From NCBI RefSeq assembly GCF_009914755.1, contig NC_060947.1: a stretch of 64,000 bases of DNA; one strand, written 5' to 3'. Made by a program: the position numbers and the translations under genes. The notes below the pieces were generated by a model. The model saw only the letters and a list, made by a program, of their open reading frames with translations. It did no database searches and was not told the DNA's origin. Every line of letters starts with the position of its first letter. Within the stretch, counting starts at the first letter, position 1. Source of the stretch: the human T2T-CHM13v2.0 reference genome, Homo sapiens. Shown here piece by piece: positions 1 to 13,299 of the stretch.

Positions 1-977
1 AATCTCAGTATGAATATAATGCAATAAAATAATATAGTATCAAATCAAATTTAATAGAATATTAAAAGAATAACTCACCAAGTGGCATCATCCCAGGGAT
101 ATAAGAATAATATAATATTAGCAAATATATTAATATAATGTATCATATCAGGATGACAAATAAGAAAAACCACATGATTACTGTAATAGATGCTGAAAGG
201 AAGTTGATAATTCAATAGCCATCTCTATAAACCTATAAATAGCCATCTTTATAAAACTATAAGTAGTTTTATAAAAGGAAAGAAAAACTGGCATAGTAAT
301 AATAACAGTATTAATCTCAAAATGGTAGTAAATAGACAATTAATTGTGATACACCAAAATAATTATTATTTAACATTGTTTTAGAAGTTCTGGAAAACCA
401 AAACTCAAACAAAACTCCCAAACAACAAAAACAGAAGGGCTGGAATAGAAACAGATATGAAAGAAAGGAAGAAAAGAATCAACAAAAATTGTTAAAATTA
501 ATGAGATTTCAGAGTAGTGGCTGCGTAAAAAAAAGTACAAAAATAAGTAGATTTACTCTATAACAGAAATAACCAGATAGAACAGATTACGGATCAAAAG
601 AACCAATTTGAAATAGGAACAAGAACATAAATACTAACATAATCTTAATAAGAAAAGTTTAGAGATCTGCGTGAGATGGAAAACAAGAGACCAATAAATT
701 GAGAGACCATGATATGTTCATTCTTCCCTAATATTTAAATTTTATGTAATTACAATATATACATTGGAATTATTTTTTGTAACTTGATACAATGATTCTA
801 AAGTTCATATGGAATAGTAAATAGATGAAAATAGATAAGAAAATATTGGGATAAAAAAGAATTAGGGTACTGTTACTTCGACAGATGTTAACAAAGCTGC
901 AATAATTAAAACATTGTGATCCATTAGAAAAGGAGATATATAACAATGGAGACAATAACTCACTAAATAAAAATTGG
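1..977 (+). mobile_element. Ancient, highly decayed L1 (L1M/L1ME-type) ORF2 remnant
   Basis: A-rich sequence with L1 ORF2-like phrases (aaaaccacatgatta...atagatgctgaaa; aacattgttttagaagttctgg; attctaaagttcatatggaa). Continues after the Alu. Confidence 0.7.
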
Positions 978-1299
<322 letters not shown>

Positions 1300-1300
1300 G

Positions 1301-2400
1301 CCAACAGGGACTGCAATTGGGGGAGTGAGGAAATCAGTTTCATGTCATACTTTACTGGATTAAAAAGAATGTAATGCAGAAATACAAATCATAAGACACT
1401 AGAAGAAAAGATAGGTGAATATTTACCTGGTCTCAGGGTAGGAAAATACTTTCAAAGCTCAAATGTAACAGAAATAATCTCAATGAGAGAAAAGTTAGAT
1501 TTGACTTCATAAGGCATTTAAACTGTTGTGTGTCAAAAATTATGAGAAATGGAAAGGACAAATGGCAAGATGGGAATTTTTTCCACAAATATAATAAAGA
1601 CCTGCCAGTAATTTTTAAATACAATAGCAAGAAATACCACAAGAACCAGTAAGTTGTGTGAATAGTTGTTTACAAATAGGAAAGATAAATGCTCAACAAA
1701 TAGGTGAAAAAAAATTTACTCTCACTGGAAATCAAGATAATGAAAATGGAACTGACAAGTGCAATTTCTCTTATAGATTTAACAAGTTTCTAAAAGGATG
1801 AAAATACTCATTGCTAGCAGGGGTGTGGTGGATGACAGTATTGCATTCTCTTGGTATGAGTGTGAATTGGTACAGCCTTTCTGGAAAGCAAGATACATTA
1901 AAACCTTAAAATGTTATTGTCCTTTCCAAAAGGGATTCCTCTTCTGTAAAGAATCTAAGAAGCAGATAAAGAGTTAGATATAGAGCTATTGACTTCAACA
2001 TCTGTTATAGGAGTAAAGAAAGGAAGCAATACAAATGTTCGATAACAAGGGAAGGGTTAAAGCGAATTTTGGTAATCCACATGTCAGGACCATTATCTAG
2101 CTTTTAAAATGGATTTATAAAGTTTTTTAATGACATGGGGAAATGCTTATAATGTTAAAAGCAAGATGCAAAATTGTACACACTCATATATATGCATGTA
2201 CATATGCATGCACATATACACACAGTATTTTCTCAAACATCTTAAAAATATGTTGACAATTAGGCAAAAGGAGATGCCCACAGTGTCAATTCTGCATGGT
2301 GGAATTATGGAGAATGTGACTGTAATCTTTATACTTTTCCATATTTTCCAAAATCCTTATGAGTTTCTCTTATTACCAGAAAAAATAATTTCCAAATAAA
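1301..2400 (+). mobile_element. Ancient L1ME-type ORF2 3' end / 3'UTR remnant
   Basis: ctagaagaaaagataggtgaatattt; gtgtgaattggtacagcctttctggaaagcaa; terminal atactttt...ttttccaaa pattern. Confidence 0.7.
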
Positions 2401-2664
2401 AATTATTCTTAAAGTGACGACCCAAAAAAGCTGTCAAAAAGGAAAAGAGATAATCATAATGTATCAAGGTTTCTTCAGACCTTCTGATAGGTTCATTTTG
2501 AACATGTTGCATCTAAGATGCCAGTAGAAAGCTTGGAAGGACACCCAGTTGGCAAATGGACAGACTGGTCTAGAACTTAGAGGTACAATATGGGTTGTAA
2601 GTGCAGAGACATCAGCATATATATGTTAGCTAAAGTCACTAGTGCTACAACTTCAGCTAGTTTA

Positions 2665-2800
2665 GCCCCTCTGATTCCCAGTTTCCTCCTCAATAAAATA
2701 GGAATGATAATGGTACCTTGAGGGCTGTTGTAGGGATTAAATGAGCTAATATCGGTAAAACACTTGACCTAGTACATAAATGTTAGCTATTGTCATTGTT
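2665..2800 (+). mobile_element. MIR
   Basis: MIR core cagtttcctc...taaaataggaatgataatggtacc...gattaaatgag. Confidence 0.8.
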
Positions 2801-2864
2801 AATTTTATTACCGTTGATGAGAGTAACCCAGGGATAATGATTAAGTTGAGGAGAGAACAGGGGT

Positions 2865-3250
2865 TGTTGTAACATTCTATGCACATCAGCCCAACTTCCA
2901 GTCATTGGTGTGTGACTCTTTGCCTGAGGGCAGGCTAGATGTATCAGGTAATTAATGTAGCTCTATTCCACTTCCAGGAGCAGCCTTTGACCAATGACTA
3001 ATGGATTGGTGGATAAATACTTCAGCTCTCTTGATCCACAAGCAAGATAATTCTGAGGCTTGTGTTCTGCAGTGGGACTATGCTCCAGTTGCCCACAGTG
3101 GTAACTGGCATGATATCACACCTTTTATTGGCTGCCTTCCCTTCCCAGTCTTACTTCCCCATCCTCCTACTGGGATCATCTTTCCAGCAAATAATTTGCA
3201 TGTAAATCTTTGTCCCAGGGCCTGCTTCTGGGAGAACCAAAATTAAGACA
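2865..3250 (+). mobile_element. LTR16-family solo LTR (ERVL), inserted in L2
   Basis: ttgcccacagtggtaactgg, ttttattggctgccttccctt, and 3' end ctgcttctgggagaaccaaaattaagaca. Confidence 0.75.
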
Positions 3251-4610
3251 GCCAAGGATGAAACCTGTTCTGTAATAACATTCAAGGGATGGTTGGCAAA
3301 AGAGAAGCCCATGACGGAACTAGAGAAGGAATAGAGAGAGGTAGCAAAAAGCTGTGGTCTAAAAACCCAAAGTAAAGGACAGTTTCCTGAATGAGGTAGG
3401 AGGAAACAACATCAAATGCTATGGAGATGAGATGCAAAAAGAACTGGAAAGTGTCCATCTGAGTTGGCATCTATGAGGTGCTAGGTGACCTCTGCCAGCA
3501 GATTTTTGGTTTAGTGGTAGAAGATGCCAGATGGTAGTGGGTTGAGGAAGTGAATGGGAGGTAAAATCGTGGAGGCAGCAAATACTCATTTAGGAAGTCT
3601 GGCTGTGAAGGGAATGAGAGAGAGAAAAAGAGACAGAGAGAGGGAGAAAGGAAGAGAGAGATGGTGGGGGGAGAGGGAGAGAGGGAGAAAGAGAGAGAGA
3701 GAGAAGGGAGAAAGAGACTTGGCTAGTTTGATGATGAGAGAAAAATAACCAGTTGAAACGTGATTGAAAAACCATATCCTTCTTGGTATAATGCTTCAAC
3801 CACTACCATATTCCAAGAGTTTCCCAATATTCTCATCTTCATCAACGCCCTTTTATTGAACACCTGCTGTCTGCGAAGCACTGCTAAAGTATTGAGAAAA
3901 CAAAGTATAAGACACTTCCTGATCTCAAGGAGCTTATACTCTAGTAGGGGAGGTGAGGCATGAAAAGGTTATTAGAAATATAAGATGGGATATAATGATG
4001 ATAAAATGAGAGGTACCATTAATGAGTACTTTAGTGATTACAAGATTTAAAAAATTTATGTAGCCATCATTTCACTGTGTATATGTGTATCAAAACATCA
4101 TGTTGTATATCTTAAATATATACAATAAAAATAAATAAAATAAGTACTTTAGCAGTTCAAAGGCAGGATGGGACAGGTCGGGAAAGCTCATGGGTTCGGA
4201 GTGTAGGAGTACTGAGACATAGGTGCAGACTATGTCCAGCTCAAAGACTTAGAGAGATAGAGGGGAAGTCATGAGCCCAGATGATTTGGCAGACAAACTC
4301 ACTTGGGGAGAAGGGTTCAAAGGGAGGAATTTAAGAGAGAGGTAGAAGTTGGTAGCAAACAGGTCTGGAAGGGGTTTGAATGCTGAACTAAATTTAAAAG
4401 CTTGGATTTCATTTAGCAGGCAAAAAGGAGCCATTTGGAGTTTGTGAACAGAGTGCAAAGCAGTATCTTGGAGAAAGTAATTTGAAAAGGGTGTGCAGCA
4501 TGGTTTGGAAAAGAAGAAAACAAAGGCAGGAGGGCTAGCTGAAGAGGGAGGAGAATGAAGCATGGACTAGGCTAGGGGAGGATGAAAAGAAAGGACAGAG
4601 GAAGGGACTT
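3251..4610 (-). mobile_element. L2 fragments with a GA-rich tract (~3613-3717)
   Basis: Antisense L2 phrases: tcaaatgct...aagtgtccat; tttattgaacacctgct...ctcaaggagcttatactctag; ggagccatttggag. Confidence 0.65.
4035..4142 (+). mobile_element. Very short L1MA-type 3'-terminal insertion with TSD
   Basis: catttcactgtgtatatgtgtatcaaaacatcatgttgtata...aataaaaataaataaaa, flanked by agtactttag at 4025-4034 and 4143-4152. Confidence 0.75.
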
Positions 4611-5782
4611 TTTGATATTATGTATATTAAGTTTGTCTCATTTCATCTTTCAGATTATAACCTACTTGTGCTATGCCTTGGTCATAACTGGAGCCTGTAT
4701 CACGCCTCAAAAAAGTTCTACTACGTAACTGTTACTGAATGATTAAGTGAATGAAGTAACAGATGAATACATGAATGCACATCAAATGAATGGGCATTAC
4801 CAAAGATGAGCCACCAAGTGGATCTTGGAGGAAAAAGAACTTTTAATCAAAGGATTAAAAGTTTCTAAGTGTGGTTGATTAGGGAAGATCATAGCATTGT
4901 TGATTGAACTGCCTGGCACCTAATAAGTACTCAGTGAGTGTAATCTTACATATGTATGCTAGTGAAAAGAGACAAATCTGGAAGGCACCAAAAGCCCACT
5001 TCACCCTTTTGGTAGTTTAGCAGAGAGCTAGCCCAGCAGGTCTGTGTTAACTCAACAGGTGCCAGTTACTAAGTTCCAGAAGCTCTTTCTTTCTAACTGG
5101 GCCACTTCCTCAAACATCAACCTTTTATTGTTACATAGTTCCTAAGAATCCCTTATTCCCCATTTTCTACAAATATGTCGGGTATAATGGGAGATAACAT
5201 CTCTCTCTTGGAACCCTGTGTGTCTAGCCCAGCCATGCCTGGCTTAAGTACACCTCTCTTTGAGAGTGACGGATTGTGTGCACTCTCTACTTCTCTCGTG
5301 TAAGTTTTCCCCTCCAGAAAACCTTATTATGTATTTTACATCATGTGGTCTTAGTGTGTGAGGGACTGAAATATTCAACATATATCATAGTTAACACAAC
5401 ACACTTACAGTTGAGAATTTAGAGGGGGGATGTTATGAGGGAAATTTTAATTTTAGATGTGATCCAGAGAGCTATCATCTGTAAAAATGAACATCAATTT
5501 GATAGATATTATAAAATGCTATCTAAATAATTTGTAGACACTTAAATCTTTTTAATAGAAATTCCACAAAACTTTTTTAATGGAAAATACTCATTAAACA
5601 TGAACTTCAGATCAAATCAACTGATACCTCTTTATTGAGTGCAAGCTCGTGATTGGCACTGTTTCGTAGCTAATAAATGCAGAAGGAATGACAGAACTAA
5701 AAAGTATCAATTTACACATTCTAATGAAATAGTAGACCTAAAAAAACCCAAAAATCAGTAGATATTAAAATCATTAGGTCTG

Positions 5783-5945
5783 AGGTTACCAATATTGGCT
5801 GCTCATTGGAATCAGCTGGGGGTTTTAAAAAATGCTAATGCCCATATCTTACCCCAGTGATTCTGATTTAAGTGATAAATGTGGCCATGGTGCTGTGATT
5901 TTTTAAAATCTGCACAGGTGATTCTAATGTGTAGTCAAGGTTAGT
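5783..5945. mobile_element. MER5-family hAT-Charlie DNA transposon
   Basis: ttggaatcagctggg...aaaaaatgctaatgcc...gattctgatttaa...caggtgattctaatgtgtagtcaagg. Confidence 0.75.
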
Positions 5946-5999
5946 GAAAGGTCAGTGAAGTCCATAATGGAGGAATTAAGCTAAATTCAATCTTAGAAT

Positions 6000-7290
6000 C
6001 TTCACAAGTGGGCAATCAGAAATTACACATCTCACAAAGGGATGAAATTGGATGCTCCAGCATCACCTAGGAAGTCTTCTTTCCTAAAAAACATTGAACC
6101 TACATCTAATCAAGTGTCTAAGTATAGCCAGTAATTTATATGAAGTAGCCTGATAGAAATAATAAATAACATAATGCAATACACAAACCACTGTTGTATA
6201 GAAATTATACAGGAGATAAAGGAACGATTTATATGACACTGAAAGGAAGCAATCAGCCAAATCTCAAATGTGAGACAAGGCCAAAAAACCTGGTTTCTCC
6301 GTTAATGACATATTAAATAAATGAAAGGAAGGTGGGGGCTGTTAAAGAATAAAAGAGCCTTAAGAAACACAATAACCAAATGCAATGTGTAGGTCTTGTT
6401 GGATCCTATGCCAGATATCTTCTTTTTTCTCCTCTAGGTTTTCTCTCTACACTTCTCCCTAGTCTGAGAAGCTGACCAGTATGGACTGTGCCTTCAGGCT
6501 TTCTTGCCCTCTGGCTTTTGGTTGAATTTGGCCAATGGGAAGCCCCAGCAGGAAATCAGAAAGAGAGGCGAGAGAGGATTCTCTGAGTATTGATTCCCCT
6601 GGCTTCCTCCCTGTGTGATCACTTTGGCTGGCTGGATACCTCAATGGAAAGACACTGTTCTTCTGGAGGAGGCCTTCTCTGTAGACTCTTTCCTTCCAGT
6701 TTCAGCAACCTTGATCTGCTCCTTCTGACTCCTTCACATCTAGGGGTGGTAACAGCTCTGTTGTCACTAGCCAAGTGTCACTGCACTATTCTCTGTGATT
6801 CCCCCACATCCCACCCATGCTTTTGTAAATAGTCTCTTTATACATAAACGCTCCTCGAATTATTCTGAGAATACTGTTTCCTGCTGAGTCATCGGACCAA
6901 ATTATTTCTCCTTTGAGACAATGGAGAAATTTTGAACATGAAGTAAACATTATAAGCTATTAAGGAGTTATTGTTGATTTTATCGGGTGCGATAATGGTG
7001 TAATTGTTATATAAAAATAATCCTTACCAGTTAGAGATACACACTTAAGTATTTATTGGAATGACATGTCTAGGAATTATTTAAAAAAAATAGTGCATTT
7101 AAGAGCTGGGTGCCAGGTGAGAAATAACAGAAAAGTAGGGGAATAGATTATCAAATATTACCAAGATTATCAAATATTATCAAGATTATAGAAACGTTGA
7201 TAGTTAAAGCAGAGTGATGGGTATAGGAGGGTTCATTACACTATTTTCTCAATTGTGTGCAAGATGGAAAATTTCTATAATAAAATGTTA
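6000..7290 (+). mobile_element. Old L1 (L1MC/ME) 3'UTR, interrupted by LTR33
   Basis: acataaccaaatgcaatgtgt-like, ttgaacatga, gtgatgggtataggagggttcattacactatt, ttctataataaaa. Confidence 0.7.
6409..6895 (+). mobile_element. LTR33 solo LTR (ERVL)
   Basis: Starts tgccagatatc; contains gctgaccagtatggactg...cttgccctctggctt...ttggccaatgggaagccccagcagga. Confidence 0.8.
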
Positions 7291-8639
7291 GAACAACCAA
7301 TCTCTTATTTTTTTTTCTTAGATGAGATTTAGTTTGCAATTTTTCATGAGAGAGATAGGTACACAAGATCTGAATTTACCGCAAATAAAAATTTTAAGGG
7401 TGTGTTTAAAGTGTGGCAATGTATATATCTTTCTACATGCTATTCTTTCTTGCAGAGAAAAATTGATGAGGAAAGTGCATAAGTAAACTGGATGTAACTT
7501 TTTTCTCTTTAGATATTCAGGTGGTCACTCAATTAACTCAATCAATCTGCCTGTGGGCACCTGCTGAGGGAGGGTGGAGACAGTCTGGGGCGAGGAAGAG
7601 AGGGGCCATGAAAGGTTAAATGTGCTAGGCCTAGAGTTTCTGTCGTCTGCATCTTTTGTGCTATTCAGAGTCAGTCTGCACCCTCAATGAGTGAACTGTT
7701 ATTGCTTAGAGCTTTCTTTTTGTATTTTTTTTTTTAGTTTTTGGTAATAAATCCTAATAATGGAGCAAATTATGCATGAAATTGTCCATTATTTATAATT
7801 ACTTCAGGAGATTTAGTTGCTCCTGGGGCAGTTTAGGAAGCAAACATTACAATTCCTTCTGCAATAAATTTTGCCTAACCAAAGGAAGTATGGTACTGGA
7901 TTGGTTCTGCTTCAGTAGCATTTTTGCTTCTCAAACACCATAGATAAGAGAATTTTGTAGATATTCGAGAAGAATGAAAGAATACAAATTGAAAGACATA
8001 CATATCTTGCCACCAAAATAGTCTTCCTTTTATTTGAAGCAAGTAGCTTACAAAAATAAGGAAAATCTGTGTGCAAAGAATTCAACTGCGTGCTCAAAAA
8101 TAAAATCAAAATAAAAGTCAAAGTGTAATGCCTGTTGGATTAATAAAGTTTCTTTGTTTTCTTATAATAATACAAGTTGGCAGAGCTCCACCTACATTAA
8201 AGTATTTCCTGGCATAACATTCTTCATTTTGGTTCCCCTTCCCCCACCCCACTTTGGTAAGCTTGTCTTACTGACATTTCTGTTAATTGATGGCTGCTAG
8301 ACATAACCACAAGGCAGACAGATTAGGAAAGAAAAGTTGAAGATTGTTTATAAAACGGGAAAATCCTGCCTTTTAAGTTGTAGTATTAGCCCAGGAATCT
8401 CAATTCACCAAGATAAAAATTGAAGGTACTGCAGTTATGATACAAGTCGTAGTAAATGGTGACAATAGGATCAATATTGGGGAAAACAATTAAGTTGATT
8501 CAAGGGTATTGTAAAGCATTCTTACTCTCCTAGAATGAATCTAAAAGAAAGCCTATCTTTAAGTTATTCCTGTACTAAATATCATTTTCAAATGTTGACT
8601 AGAAAGTGAGACTTGGTAATATGGACTTTTGCATTTGGT

Positions 8640-8890
8640 GAAGTTAGTAGCATAAAAGTTAAGAGCAGAGACTTTGGAGTTAGCTTGCTTGGATTAAAAA
8701 TGTGACTTCCATGACTCAATAACTATATTATTGTTGGTGAGTTACTAGAGCTCTCTGAAATGCTGACTAAACTTCTTCATCTGAAAAACAGGGATGATAA
8801 TAGGGTTTCTGGGAGAATTCAACAAAATAAATAACTTAGACCATCATTTGACACATGATGTGTTAAAAATATAAACTATGAGGTGATGAT
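8640..8890 (+). mobile_element. MIR
   Basis: gttaagagcagagactttggagt...cttcatctgaaaaacagggatgataatag. Confidence 0.75.
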
Positions 8891-10700
8891 GACATGACTT
8901 CTGATCCTCATGAAGGTACACAATACAAAAAGAGTTCGAACAAATTGTTTTAAAGAAATGCCTACTTAGTTGTTTGTTGTTCAGAGGTTAAAACTATTGT
9001 TTTGTTTGTGGAACAAGTTGAGAAATAGGTTAAGTAGCCAACAAACCAACAGAACAAAAGAGACCAATCAGAACTGTCAATATGTTAAAACTAACAACAG
9101 TTCTGAAGGCTGATCTCATGAGAAGATCTGTTTCTCTCTCTAAAAGAAAATGGTCGATAGCACTGATTTTGAAGTTTTTTGGCATCAAGACTTGTGGAAT
9201 CTCATCTGTTCAGTTAGTCATTAATTGGGACCAGCAGCTAATTTGAAATTGAGGTTTAATACCAAACATGATGGACATTCAGGCTGAATCTGAATCAGGA
9301 ATGAAGTCATCAATCACAGTGACTTTGAATGTCCTGCTGTCATTATTAAACTCGAAAGAGGATTAACATTGAGTCAAATTACACTAAGATATAAATGTCA
9401 ACACCAAATGCATCCTGATTCACATTAATTTTCCAGCTCTACATTCACTCTGCCTTTCCACATTGGGACCAAGCCATGATTCATAGGCAGCCCACTGATG
9501 AGTCATCTTCTGCTTATGTTTGGATGGGTCAGAATGCCCTGAGTGGGTTGATGAGGAGGAGGCAGAGAGGCCAAGGCTGTGACATAGCACAAGCCCAGGG
9601 GCTAGGATCTAAGTCCCAGGACCCAGGAGAGGGACCTGCCACACAATGTCTCTGGTTCTCAGAGGACTGAACTTCCAATGGACTCAACTCTCCCTGAATG
9701 AGGCTTCCATGATGACTACAGAATGTATCAGAGTCCTTGGGCAGAGAAAAATACAACTTCAGACCTAGAGGAATAGTCTTCTCCTCCCTAGATGGTCCTG
9801 GTTCTTGATATTGCAGACAGAGAATTACAGAACAAAGAGCACCCAAGACACCATAGCTGAAAGTCCCAACTAGGTGATAAACCCCACCTGGTGCTAAAAA
9901 CCATCCAAACAAGCACTCAAACTAATATACAGGTCCTCTGATAATGATTCCAGTTGTTGCCTCAGATCCCAGCTTGAAATTCCACCTTTCATCTTCCTTT
10001 CCCCTTGATCTCCTCATTATCATACTCTAGTCCATCCTACCTCTGCCCAGTGGCCCTGTTCTCTACAGTGATCTCCCTTTCTGCCTATTTTAATGGTGAA
10101 CACCCCCAAGTTCTACTGCTAGCTCATCATCTGACTCTATACCAGGCCAACCTCTCTCTAACATCTATTCATATTGAGAGGCTCTTGGCTGATGAGAATT
10201 TGCCATTCCTCCTTGGGTCATACACCTAGGTTAAACCAGTCACCTTCATAGAAAATTGAGACAAGAGGAACATCCTGAACCTCTACTGAATCAGGCAAGA
10301 GAGAGTGCTTGCTATACTGGATTCAGGATTCAAATAAAGATCAAGATATTACAATACCTGGCTTTAAGAAACTGAACTCTGAAAAGAGAAAGTTTTTACA
10401 GCCTCTAGTTTGAATGGTCTTTGCAGTCATGGTTCAAGTTTTTCAGTTTCTAAAGGCCATGTACAAATGTCTGGGACTTTCGGGACTTCTTCATATTCCA
10501 TCCCCTGTACCAGCACCCAGTAGAGCATCCAGCCCACAACAGGTAGTTGGTAAATTATTTTTTTGATGCAACATAAATAATCTATCCTTGAGAAAATAGT
10601 TGTATAATATCTTTTCCGTTATAGAAACTAGACCAGCCATGAATTATATGTATTTACAGATCACTGGCCCAGAAAAGCTCAGGTCAATAACTTGTTGCAG

Positions 10701-11105
10701 TATTATGAGAGTTAACTACTGCTGCATCACAAACCACCTCAAATGTTGGTGGTTTAAAACAGCAATGACTTATTATTGCTCACAAGTCTATGGTTGGCTG
10801 GGATGGGCTGATCTAGGCTGGGCTCTGCTGGGGAGGCTCAGCTTCATGGGTTGCACCCCAGGCATGTTCCTAGAAGATGGCAGAGCCACAGGATGGCAAG
10901 AAGAAGCAGGCAAACTTCACACTGGCACCCTGACACTTTTGACCACATTCGTTTGACCAAAGGAAGTGACACAACTTAGCTCAAAGACAAGGAGTGGCAA
11001 AATACACTCTGCCTTTATGGAGGAAACTCCAAAGTCACATAACAAAGGGTGTAATACAGGGAGGGGTGAAAAATTCAAGCTGATCATGCACTTTATCACA
11101 AATAC
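10701..11105 (-). mobile_element. MLT1 (MaLR) solo LTR, old subfamily
   Basis: gctgcatcacaaaccacctcaaa...ggtttaaaacagcaat...tattgctcacaagtct; cacattcgtttgaccaaaggaagtgaca. Confidence 0.75.
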
Positions 11106-12634
11106 AATTTCTGAGAATGTGGGCAATTTGATTATAGAGGAGGGCTTTGTTGATGTTAAAATAATGAGCTCTGGATGACATTGGTTGCAAGGTACTCACT
11201 TCCTCCAAATGCTTACTCATTTGGTTCTTACTACTTCTAGGAGGGTCACAGTGGTTGAAACTAAAATTAGCTGTGTTCAAGTAAATGTGACTCATAAGAG
11301 AGCAATGAGGAAGCTGGTTTCATATGGCATTCCCTCCCTTCCCACCCTCACACACTAGGTAATACAAAAGAAAGTAGCTTACTTGTCCAGAGATGGGTTT
11401 ATCTTGAAATCCCTAACTTCATGCAAGTTCCAACCAGTAAATTAACTGCAGTGGCTTTTCTATAGATAATTTGTTTAATCAGAAACCCAGGATAATAAAA
11501 ATCTTTGAAGTATTTTTAATGATCTTTTCCTAGTTGAACTAAGTCAGTGTCCCTCATGGTCACCCAAATTAACAATACAAGTTTATGTTTCTTGGTATTG
11601 AATCTACAATTCTGATATACAAGAATCTTTACTGAAGCACGCAACAAAATGCAGAGAAAGCTCTCTCCACAGAGTTTTTGTGGTTGGTATTTTCAATTTC
11701 ATAAGAAGATAAAATGTGAAGCAAACTCTAATTAAAGTATCTTCAGAAACATATTGTTTTGGCTTTGGCAATTATATAGCTACCTTGCTTCTGATGGCAA
11801 TTAGAATTTTATATATACCAAAAAAAAAAAAAAACAATTTTCTCCCAGTGCTCTAATTTGAAAGCTCTGTGCTCCATGTGAAACAAGCAAAAGGTGGTCT
11901 ATGTTGATTAATTAGGGGTTAGGATATTCAGAAATACTACAAAGAAAATTATCAGGGTGACTTTTCTGTAAGAAGCAAGTTTATAAACCTCTTGCCTAAT
12001 TTGTACACACAACAGAAAAAGCACTTTAGCTCCACTGTACCCGTGTTCTTCCCTTGAGAAGGATGCTTCTGCAATAGCACGCAAATTTCAGGTAATAGTA
12101 AAAGATCATCAGAATCATCCTTTAGCAGAAAAACAAGCCAAAATACCCACCCACTCAGTTTCTCCCAGAGCGCTTTACTTCAGGAAGATAAACATGACTG
12201 CAATAAGAAATTGATGCAATAAAGAACGTACTTATGTTACATTTACAGCCATATCCAGGGAGACAGCTAATGGCACTCTAAAAATGGTCATTTTGTCAGA
12301 GCTTTAGTGTCGATTATTGATTACACACAGGAAACAGTGGCTTCAAATACCCAGTGACAGCACAAACAGCACCTGGTTAGGTCCTGTGCACGAACATGGT
12401 ACACAGATGACATTTGGTACACAGATATACTTGGTTTATTTGATTAAAACTCCTGGTATCAGCAGGGAGAATTGTAACTAATCAGCTCTTTATTTTTTTA
12501 GTTCAATATCTAAAAATCGATTTCCATGAGTGTATCCATAAGGGATGAAGAAAACACTGATCAAAATTCACAAGAGGTCTTATACAGCCTGGTGGAGATA
12601 CAGAAAGAATGCTGGGCTGAGTCAGAGCACAGCT

Positions 12635-13210
12635 GGTAACAATAGCTAGCATTTAATTAATACATCTCATGGTGCCTGGTACTGTGCCAGGTGTTCTGTG
12701 AGCATTAATCTATTTCATCCTTTGAACAGCCCTATAATGTGGATGCTGTTGTCATCCCCATCTTGCAGATGGGGCTGAGAGAGATGTTTAGAAATTGGTT
12801 CAGTCTCACAGCTAGCAGATGGCAATACCAGCATCCACCTTCAGACCCAACCCTTCTCCATTGCACCGCAGGGTCAAAATGTGCTGGACTCGAGTTTCCC
12901 TGTTTTGCTAACTTGAAGTGCATCCTCGAACAAATCCCTTTCCTTCTGTGGGCCTCTGTATTTTCATACAAAATTGAAGTAGTTGGACTAAATCAGTGGT
13001 TTGCAACCTTGGCTGAAAACTAAGATCACTTGGAGTGCTTTTATAAGGCAATTTGCTGAGTATTTACTCTATGCCAAGCATCTCATTCGATTCTCTCAAT
13101 AGTACTGAGATCTCTTTGAGGAAATGAAGAACACCTGATCTCATGGAGGAAAAATTGAGGTTCGAGAAGTTTGGTAACTTGCCTAGCTTATATAGTTCAT
13201 AGTCTTCAAT
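12635..13210. mobile_element. Cluster of MIR fragments with a short MER5-like piece
   Basis: Antisense MIR (atccccatcttgcagatggggctgag; gaaaaattgaggttcgagaagtttggtaacttgcc) and sense MIR piece (gggcctctgtattttcatacaaaat). Confidence 0.65.
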
Positions 13211-13299
13211 TCAGACACACAGGCCAGTTACACAGTTCAGGTCTCCGGCATTTCTGAGAGCCATTCCTGGGCTTTGGGTCCTGGGATGAATTATTCTCA

